Assembly (NCBI GenBank): GCA_013239625.1
Contig: MU053431.1
Coordinates: 1,056,001 to 1,078,892 of the forward strand
From: Lama guanicoe
Lineage: Eukaryota
DNA: 22,892 bases
Direction of reading: 5' to 3'
Shown here: positions 9,983 to 18,810 of the stretch, piece after piece
Numbering within the stretch: the first letter of the stretch is position 1
Layout: each line of letters starts with the position of its first letter
Made by a program: the position numbers and the translations under genes
The notes under the pieces: generated by a model
Told to the model about the DNA's origin: nothing
Seen by the model: the letters and a program-made list of their open reading frames with translations, nothing else
Databases searched by the model: none

Positions 9983-10217
9983 GGGGCACTTGTGTCCTTT
10001 AGCAGACTCCATGCTAGGCCCTCTGGGGACAAACCCATTAGTTCCAAGACTCAGTGGTGTGGGTTCTTTTACTACCTGCATTTCACAGATAATGAAACTG
10101 AGACACAGAGAGGTTCAGTAACTTGTCCAAGGTCACACAGCAAGAAAATCACAGCACAGAGGGGAGTTGCAGCCAGGCAGTCCAGCCACGGAGCCCCTGT
10201 TTGTAACCATCGTGCTC
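9983..10217 (-). mobile_element. MIR SINE (near full length)
   Basis: catttcacagataatgaaactgagacacagagaggttcagtaacttgtccaaggtcacacagc is the reverse complement of the conserved MIR core. Confidence 0.88.
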
Positions 10218-10337
10218 CCTGACTCCGAGCCTTTTGCGGCCAGAATAGAGTAACATTCCTTTATTTTTCACTTGGTAGCAAGTGATCGGATACTGATTTT
10301 CTACCTAAAGGGGGATTTAAAGAAGTGATGGAAAAGG

Positions 10338-10510
10338 GTGTGTGCATGAACATGTGTGCATGCGTGTGCATGTATTTGTGTGAACGTGCGTGCACTTGCG
10401 TGAGTACACACACGTGTGTGTGCGTGCCTACATGTGCATGTATATGTGTGTGCATGTATATACACGTGTGTTACACACATACATGTGTGGTGTGCACATA
10501 CGTATACACA
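10338..10510. repeat. Degenerate (TG)n/(CA)n alternating purine-pyrimidine repeat
   Basis: About 170 bp of gtgtgtgcatg...cacacacgtgtgtgtgcgtg...tatatacacgtgtg, read directly. Confidence 0.9.
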
Positions 10511-11544
10511 GTAATAAACTGAGTCAGTTTAAAGAAAAATAGCACGCACTTTGCGTGGGATACTGTGAAGTGAAGTACTGAAGGTGGTAAAGGAAAGCAG
10601 ACGCTTGGGAGTGGGTAGGAAACCTCTCTGGAAGTTTCCACAGCCATCTCTGCTCTCAGTGCATCTGCCAGACAGGCCACCAGGAAGGCGAGGAGACCCG
10701 TCCTTTGTTGGGTCGAGTGGAGCACACCTCAGCGAGTGTCTGCAGCCCCTGGGCAGGTGGAGAATGACACGTGTGCTTGGTCCCTGCATTACCCACGGCC
10801 TCGAAGCTTCCTCCCAGCTGCCCGCCAGGGCCAGGGGACAGCCTGCTGGGGCCCCTCTCACATGGCAGCAGCAGGGGTGCCCGTGCCCATGTTCCCCGTG
10901 AGCGGAGGCTGGCGCCAAGTCCCAGATCCCACAGACAGAACAGCAAGGCATGCGCTAACCACCCTGAGTGTCTTCCACCCAAAATTTTCTGCATTATTCA
11001 TCTTTAGGGAAGTTGTGAAAACAGGATTCTTCCAAATCAGAGCTGATTCAAATTGCATGTTTAGATCATGGAAATGGCAGTGGTTACGGTGCGCACTGGG
11101 AACACTCTGCAGCCTGCTGCTGGCTTCCCAGAGCCGCACAAAATAACTCCTGTCAGCAGGTGATTGAAAGTATCCAGAATCTGCTATTCAATTAATTACG
11201 GAGCAGTCAGCTGTCAACATTCCCAGCTTTAAGTGTGGCTTTGCCACTCGGAATAAACGCGGTGAACGTGGCTTCACAAAGACACGGGAGGAGAGGCGGG
11301 CGGAACGCGGCCCTGCTGGGCCTGAGGGGGCCCCTCCCCACCCAAAGGTCAGGACATCAGGCCTGAGGCCCCAGGCTCCGCAGGTGACTGTCTGCTGATC
11401 CCAGAGGTCCCCACCCTGGTATCCCTCAGCCCTCACCTGTGACCCGAGCTTGTCAGAGTGCAGACCTTGGGGACACCATTGGCAAGACAGGCAGGATGGT
11501 GGACTCGGAGTGCTTGGCCTGGTGGGCGCAGGGCATGACTATCC

Positions 11545-11700
11545 ACGTCTGCAGGGGCTGGACTGGTTCTGTCTGTGGATGTGTGGTTTCTACTGACAAC
11601 CTCCCCCCCGCCCCAGTTACAGGCCATCTCGGTCCCTGCCCAGCTGAGATGCCCTCCCCACACAGAAGCATAGTAACTGTCAGAAGTGCCCCGCTGGGGG
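11545..11700 (+). mobile_element. Possible MER20-like DNA transposon remnant
   Basis: Loose colinear blocks cagggg...tgtctgtgga...gacaacc, ttacaggccatct, and ccccacacagaag...tgtcagaagtgcc. Highly diverged. Confidence 0.3.
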
Positions 11701-12289
11701 AGTCAGGCCCAGGCAGGGCCTGCACCTGCTGCCCGCCCCACCTGGAGCCGGGGCCCAGCAGGCCCATCAGTCACTGAGATGCGCCTCTTATCATTCCCAT
11801 TTGCTAAGAGTCAAAAAAAGCCAAATGAGAAAGGCAGGGGGACCACCAGTCCTGGGAGCTGGGAGGAGGGGACCCACAGCTCTAGCCGGAGGGTGAGCTG
11901 GCATCCTGCCCCTGTGCGGGCTGAGTGCCGCGTACCTGCGTGGCATCTCCTCCATCTGGCCGGTTAGAACGCAGCCACCTGCTGGAGCTGGGAGCCAGGC
12001 CCCGGCGTCCCTCTAACCCTCGGGCCCAACCACATCAAGTCAGGACCCCCGAACGCAGGTGTTCCACCAGAGACTCGTACACTCCGTCCCTGATATGAAC
12101 CCCAGTGTGAAGATGGGAAAGGGCTTCCCTCCAGAGACCCTTCAGTGAGATCCGCGGAGGCTCTGCTCAGACCCAGCCGCACCACCAGCCCTCCAGAGGC
12201 GCTGCTGCTGAGAAGTCAGTGGACACCCACAAACTCAGTCTTTTTGTGGCAGCCTTGAGTATTGGATTCCACAGTCGTTTCAGTGTTCA

Positions 12290-12440
12290 GAGGATAAAGG
12301 CCGCGGGAATGGAATGACGTCTCTAGAAATTAACGAGTCATCAAATCTGAACAAAAACAGAACAGAAGCCTGATAAAGGAAGTGTGTCTACCAGCCCACG
12401 CGTCCGGGGTTGGGTAAATAAAAGTCTCTGGTTGCTAAGA
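12290..12440. promoter_or_regulatory. Candidate enhancer (dense TF-motif cluster)
   Basis: GATAA 12293, overlapping GGAATG at 12306 and 12311, TGACGTC 12315, TGATAA 12371 directly followed by AGGAAGTG 12377, GTAAATAA 12414, and GTTGCTAAG 12431. Confidence 0.4.
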
Positions 12441-14049
12441 GATGGAGATGGCCAGGCAAACATGTCGCTGGAGGTGGTGGCTACGTGCTGACCGTCGGGA
12501 GGCAGAGTGTGGAGGACAGCCCGGGCCGCCCAAACACCAGCAGGAACGTGGGAGAGGGCCAGGACGGCCCGTGCTCTGCTGAGCTGATGGAAGCCTCAGT
12601 CACACATCATAAACCAGAAGGCAGGCACTCTCCTGGTGGGCTGTGGGGCCTTGGCTTCCAGACCCAGGCAGCTGCCCGCAGGGCATCCGTCACTCGCTGT
12701 GATCCAGACGCCGTTTCTGCCGCACACTGAGCTGGCCAGGATGGAGATGCTCTCCTGAAATGGCCCCTGCAGTTATTTGACCTTTGATCAGTTCAGTGAT
12801 GCTAAAAAATAAAAAAATCAGCCTGGATTTTCAGCTGTGGGTTGGAGAGAAAAGCCAGCAGACCAGGGTGACTTCACGTTGGGGGTTCGCTTTTGAATGT
12901 GCATTAGGTCCCTTCCCCCAGGTTCCGCCGTCTGCCTCCTCCAAGAGGCAGGACCCCTGTTGGATCCGCCGAGTGAGTGAGATACGCCTCCCACGACGTG
13001 TGCCTTCCACGGGCTGAGGGGGTCTGGAAAGGCGGCCAGCAGGGCTTCTGGGTGGCGGTGGAAGGCACGCTGTGGGGCAGGCCCCTGTTCACCCATCTTT
13101 GATGAGGAGCACGTGTCGCCGGGGCAGCAGAGGCGTCTGGCGAGGCACAGGGTCCCCTAACATCAAGTTTGTCTCTGACCTTAGAGTGTCTGATGTGCGG
13201 GCCGGCAGCTGCTGCGCGCAGTGAACACAGCGCTCCCACGGCCAGCTCCCCAGACTTCTGCGTCTGCAGCGATCTGGGCTAAGGACAGGGAGCCAAGAAA
13301 ATAGTGGCGGCAGCAGGAGTGAGGGCCCCAGTGGACACATATTAAGGGCGTGTCCTGGAAGCCCCGTTCCTGCAAGTCAGGGCAGAGGCCAAGGGGGGAG
13401 AAAGCGCCTGAGAACCAGCCCCAGCCCAGCCCAGCCCAGGGGGACACCAGGGCCTGGGTACCAGACCACGCAGACAGAAACCAGAAGCCCCTATCCCACC
13501 ACTGGCTGGCTGGGCAGCTTGCAGGCAAGATGACTGCCTCCTGCTCCCAGTCAAGTTCTTCCTGATCCCTTCTGCCGAAGAGTAGGCGGTCCTTACTGCA
13601 TGTTATCAGACACCCGCTGCACCTCCCCAGGGGTTGCTGCGTGGACAGGAACCACGGGCTGGGGCTGGGGCTGGGGGGCCTGCTTCGCGGACAGCCTGAA
13701 CCCACTCTGTTCCATGGGCAGTAGTGCTGCTGCCGGCACACCCGGGCCTCATCCCAGGAGCCCCGAAGGGCGCTTCTGCCCAGGCGGAGGGTCGATCCTA
13801 TTTGCTGTGACGAGGCCCGGTGCTGTGACTTCCACTGAAACAGCACAGAGGTTGACCACCAAAGCGTCTGGCGTGCACAAGGCTCCCGGCGATGCAGTCT
13901 GGGGTCACAGGTGAGACTTGGGGGCTTCTGGCTTTGTGTCCCTGCACGCCTGCTCTCAGCCCGCTGGCCTCAACACCCCTGGGCCTCAGCTCATTTGCTG
14001 GCCAAGCAGGTGCTTGAAAGAGTAAATGAAAGAGCAGACAACTGAGTGA

Positions 14050-14185
14050 GGGGTGCACATCACAGGAGGGAGGCCATGGTGCGAACGTTGCATGTATTCT
14101 GAGAGCACTGGGGAGCCATTGACGGTTCTAGCAGGAGGGCAGGTGTGGATTCAATTGAACATGGGTGGCCTCCGCTGTGGCTCCC
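14050..14185 (-). mobile_element. LINE-2 fragment, antisense
   Basis: aggccatggtgcgaacgttgcatgtattctgagagcactggggagccattgacggttctagcagg parallels reverse L2 (aggccatggtaaggagtttggactttatcctaagggcaatggggagccactgaagggttttaagcagg). Confidence 0.6.
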
Positions 14186-15491
14186 ATTCTCAAGCCCAGG
14201 GGAATTGGAGAGCGGTAAGAAACTGAGAAAGGATGCCCCAAACCCCTGTCAGAAAGTCACTGGGGCATAGTGTTCCCAGAGAGAAGCTTGTTCCTGAAAT
14301 TTGAATCTACCGCTGAGCCCAAGTGATCGTTTTCCCGTTAACGCTCTTCATTTTAGCACGGCAAAGGAGGGTGCTCCCTCCCCCTCCCTCTCCCCTCCAC
14401 CACAAAAGGCTCTAATGAAAATAACTTCTGGCAGCTGTGTTTACCAGGCGCTGATGTGGGAGGGGAGGTGACATCTTCGTGCAAATAAAATGTATAAGTA
14501 CATGCAGGACGCGGAGCTGGCGGCAGAGCTGCAGCGCTGGTGCCAGTTCCGCTTCCGTGAGGCCACAGGTGGCCCAAGTGGGCTATGGCCCCTCCCCGGG
14601 TCGTCCAGCGAGGCCAGAGCCTCTCAGCTCAGAACGACGCCCTTTCTAGAAGGAGCTGACCCAATGGCACAAGGGGCACGCGGCCCCCGGAGGTGGAGCC
14701 TGCGGGAGGCAGGCAGGGCTTCTCGGTTGCGGGCGACCAGAGCACAGCTCAAGGTAGTGTGGTTCCCACTGCAGCTCCCAGGGAGGTCCGGCTGGAGGAA
14801 CGGTGGACCTGGGGTTCACATGGCACCCCAGGACGCCCTCACTGCTCCCCCAGTGCAGGCCCCCAGGCTGGCTCCCGCCCTCCTCACTTCCACCCTGGTG
14901 GTCCAGCCACCCCAGCATCCAAAGACTTCCTCCCCCCACGGTTCCAGGGAAGTGACGGAAATGCCCGTCATCGACTCAGCCTCAGTGGTGCGTCCACCCG
15001 TGACCAGTGGGGGAACCCTGGGCACTGGGGCCTGTGGATGGGCCAGACCAGGGTCACGTGTCCCCAGCAGAGCTGCGGGTGGAGTCCGCCAGCCAAGGAG
15101 CTGGCCCAAGACAGGGAAGGGGCGGTTTCCTGCATAGCCTTGGAGGTGCTGTCCTCAGAGGAGAGGAGCCGTCGGGAACAATGGTGTCCGGGAAGAGGTG
15201 TGAAGTGCCGGCTTGTGCCGGTGCAGGAGGAGGAAGCAGTTCAGGAAGAGGGCTGCGGAGACTGAGCACCGTGTCCCTGCAGAGCTCGGCGTCTCCGCCA
15301 GCTGAACACAGCTCCTGTCTGGGGAGCTGGGAGGGGACGCAAGGGCGTGGGGGGAGGTAAGGGGCCAGGAGGTGAGCATGAGGCCGGAGGAGGGAAGGGC
15401 TCGAGGACACGTGGGACGAGGCTGCAAACAGCTTGGGCGTCATGAACAAGTCGAGGTGCAGAGCGGGTGCAGGAGGCAGTGGAAGGTTGGT

Positions 15492-15632
15492 GGGGAGGGC
15501 AGAGCTCGGTGGTGGAGCACATGCGTAGCAGGCACGAGGTCCTGAGTTCAATCCCCAGCACCTCCACTAATAAATAACCTAATTACTCCCCCCCAGATAT
15601 CTTTTTTTTAAAAGACTGATTTTTTTTTTAAT
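15492..15632 (+). mobile_element. tRNA-derived SINE, camelid Vic-1 type
   Basis: ggggagggcagagctcggtggtggagcacatgcgtagcaggcacgaggtcctgagttcaatccccagcacctcca carries Pol III A box (agctcggtgg) and B box (gttcaatcc) motifs, followed by aataaataacctaattactcccccc and an A/T tail. Confidence 0.85.
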
Positions 15633-15750
15633 GAAGTAGAAGTTATCCGCCTCACAGGGCACAAGGGCTTCCTGGTGGGGCATCTGCTTGAAACTAGAAA
15701 TAACCCACATGGCGCCTCAGTACTGACCCAGGTTCCTGTCCGAGAGGGCA

Positions 15751-16237
15751 TGTGGGGCAGACAGAACACTAACCTCAAAGGGAGGACGGTCCTGTTCCCC
15801 AGGACCTTTGAAGACGTCACCTGGCAAAGGGAACTTTGCAAATGGGAGCAGATTAAGGAGATGATCCCGGATTGTCTGGGGTGGGGGGCCCTAAATGCTG
15901 TCACGAGGGTCCTAGTAAGAGAAGCAGGGAGGCAGGAGAATCCGAGGAGACTTGATGGCAGAGGTCAGAGGTCAGAGAGAGCCTGGAAGACGCTGGCCTT
16001 GGAAAGGGAGGCAGGGCCCCCAGTGGAGGAAGGCAGGCAACCCTGGAAGCTGGAAGACAGGGAAGCGGACCGCCCCCCACCCAGAGCCTCCAGGGGAGCC
16101 CGCTCTGTCCACACCGTGATTTTAGCCCAGGGAGACCTTGCAGACTCCTGAGCCCAGGATTGCGAGACGACAGGCCTGTGTTGTTTGAAGCCACCATGTG
16201 GGTGCCGCTTGTCACAGCAGCCCCGGGGCCCCAGGCA
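15751..16237 (+). mobile_element. ERVL-MaLR solo LTR, MLT1D-like
   Basis: Starts tgtgg..cagaa and continues ggcaaagggaactttgcaaatg, ggagatgatcccggatt, gaagctggaagacagggaagcggac, agagcctccag, cacaccgtgattttagcccagggagacc, tgtgttgtttgaagccac and gtcacagcagc. Confidence 0.85.
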
Positions 16238-18250
16238 GCCCCTCGGCACCTGTTAGTCTCGGGCCTGCAGCTGCAGACGGGGTCTCTGACCCTGAAGAAA
16301 TGAGGGCGAACAGCCCAAAACCAGCTTCCTTTCCCCGAGCTATCTTTCCACTGCATCCTTTTAAAACCTCTGTGGCGAGGGTGACGGTGACCATCCCGAT
16401 GGCTGCCACGTGAAGCTGGGCCTGGTGGTCAGGTCTCTTCATCCCGTGGGCCCGGCCAGGAACGGGGCCATGGAGCAGCCCGAGGGCCCCACCTCGAGTG
16501 AAGTGTCCGATCCGATGCTCCCCGGGACGCCTGCATCTTTGTCAGGGCCTCGTTTACTCAAGAACACGTGGCCCGGAAGACCCCCCTGCCTTTGAGCACG
16601 TATCCACCTCTCTCCGGTGACCAGGCCTCTCGCGGAACGAGGCGGGGTGGAGACTAAGAGGGCGGCCAAGGCGGGAGCACGGAGAGGCTGAGCACCCAGC
16701 ACCGGGCCGGCCCACGCTGGTGCCAGCCCCGGGGAAGACGGGGTGTCAGAGTCTCACTCTGAAGCAGGCGTTAGACCCAGGCTTTAGCTCTGGATGCTCT
16801 CCTGGCGGTGCCGGCAGGCCCTGGGTGTCGGTGTGACCCTGCTCTGTGACACAGGTGTGGGACAGCACCCGCAAGAGCCCTGCCATGCCTGGCCCTGCCC
16901 CAGAGTCCTGAGTGCCTCCTTCTGGTCCGGCGCCCCCTGCGGGTCAGCTGGGGGGAGGGGACACTGCCTCTCAGACAGACACTCAGCAGGTGCTTCTGAG
17001 GGGCCACGGCCCCTGGGCGTGAGGGGGGAGGCAGCCTCCCCCCTCCTGCCTCCACCTTCAGCCCCACTTCTTTGGGAAAACTGGGGGGTCCCTTTCCAGA
17101 AAGAAAAATGCGTTTAAAGTGATGTGGCCTCTCTGATACCTGTTCCACCGTGGGTTTCCTGAGAATCACCTGGCGGTGTGACCCAAGGGAGAGAGCTCAG
17201 CCCCTCTGACTTCCTTCAAGGAGACGTCGCAGGCAGGGAGACGCCCACGGCCCACCCTCGCTGCTTTTCCCCTTTCAACCACACAGTCAAATACGAGACA
17301 TAATTTGATGTGAATCACCTGCAAATTGTTGCAGTCCTTCACGGCAAAGTGGCTTTTTGCAGGGCTCAGGATGAATTTCCCCTTTTGTCCAAATCATACA
17401 AAATATGCTTTCAGAATTGTTAGGATTTTCTGCCACGCATAAAAATGAGCTCTTAAATCACCCAAAAGGGGGCCAAAATGCAGTAGACAATTCTTGGAAC
17501 TTACGGCAGCGTCTCTGTTTTAAGGAATCTGTTCATCCCCCATCCTTGTTCCCAGGGGTGAGGGGGGTCTGGCCAGAGGGTAGGAAGAAAGCTCTGGTCC
17601 CCTAGAGAGGCCCAGGATCCTTCCCGAAAGGTGCGGGGCCCCCAGAAGAGGTTTCGGGGTGTCAGGAAAGTCGAGGTGCCCTCTGCAGCCAGGAACAGGA
17701 TGCATTTGAAGCGCCTGCAGTAGGAAGCTCTGTGTCTGCTTTTGGAAATGATTTCCTCATTAACACGTCTCTGGTTTCCTGGCCATGGAGAAAGCAGAGA
17801 GAATTTCGAAGTTTGTCTTTTCGGGTGTGGCTGGCGTGCGTTGTGATACAGAACCCAGGCCCCGTGAGCCTGTGTGAGCCACCGGGCCCTGGGGTGACAG
17901 GACCATACATCCGTGTCCCCGACGCAAGGGGAGTGTGTTCCGGGGTCCACTCAGCTGGTGGGGGCTGAGGCCCAGGCCACCGAATCTCCATCAGCAGCCC
18001 CCCAAGGGGCTCAGAAATAGGCAAACCAAAGACGAAGAGGTAGGGTCCACGTTTACAGCCCCTGGACCGACTCCTCAGCGCAGAGAAGGACTGGGTGGCT
18101 GTCCCGTGGTGCTGGGACTTGCGGGCGCAGGGGACTTCAGCTACCAGCGGACTGTTGGGTTCAGCACTGCCGGTCAACACGCTGTTGCTGGGCGTCTGCC
18201 TCTGTTCTGCCCTGGTGTCTGGGCAGGTCCCTGCCTTCTGGGCCTAAGAA

Positions 18251-18402
18251 GTGGAGGGATGGGTAGATGGACAAATGGATGGACAGGTGGATGGGCAGAT
18301 GGGCAGGTGGAAGGAAGGAAGGAAGGGGGCTGGGTGGACAAAGGGATGGATGGATGGATGGATGGATGGATGGATAAATGGAAGGAAGGAAAGAAGGAGA
18401 GA
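18251..18402. repeat. (TGGA)n/(GGAA)n simple repeat
   Basis: Directly visible ggatggatggatgg... and ggaaggaaggaagg tracts. It may have grown from an L2 tail just upstream. Confidence 0.9.
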
Positions 18403-18559
18403 TTCGGGCATTAAAGATTCCTTAAGCATAAAACGGTGACTGGAGGAATTTGGGTTTCGGCGCCCAAGAAATCCCTGACGGCTCTGGCTTAGTGAAGAGG
18501 AAACTTGGAAAAATTTCAGCTGCCTCTGGTCTGTGTAACACTGCGTTCCTCTCAGATTT

Positions 18560-18810
18560 GTAGGTTTTATGGCATTTGTCACGGGGACATTTTGGTTAAT
18601 TGTGGGACAATGAGTCCATAAACAAATTCCCCGCAAGTAGTGATCAGCGGCCCCCCCACCCAGCTCTAGCCTTTCTTTGGAAAAATGCGCTTAGTGAAAA
18701 GATGTAAAAGGAAAAATTGTGACTGGTCCTCACTTGGCCGGTTTTATAAAAATCCAGCGCCTTTTTATATAGATGGAAACGACAGATGGGAGTCTATTAA
18801 AATAAATACG
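18560..18810. promoter_or_regulatory. Candidate enhancer (CDX/posterior-HOX-type motif cluster)
   Basis: GTTTTATGGC 18564, TTAATTG 18596, ACAATG 18607, CCATAAAC 18616, CACTTG 18731 and GTTTTATAAA 18741 lie in an AT-rich island with no recognisable repeat. Confidence 0.35.

Noticed and set aside
1..10135. Four perfect NR5A/ERR sites YCAAGGTCA (1, 2398 reverse, 5886, 10127)
   Set aside because: All appear to fall in MIR fragments, whose core carries this word, so the apparent enrichment is explained by repeat ancestry.
14490..15137. 215-aa ATG-initiated ORF (MYKYMQDAELAAELQRW...)
   Set aside because: There is no recognisable domain, the composition degenerates to GC-driven low complexity, and there is no supporting splice or promoter structure.
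15492..15566. tRNA gene
   Set aside because: A and B boxes are present, but the head is followed by the SINE-specific AT-rich/C-rich tail and is diverged, so it is a SINE.
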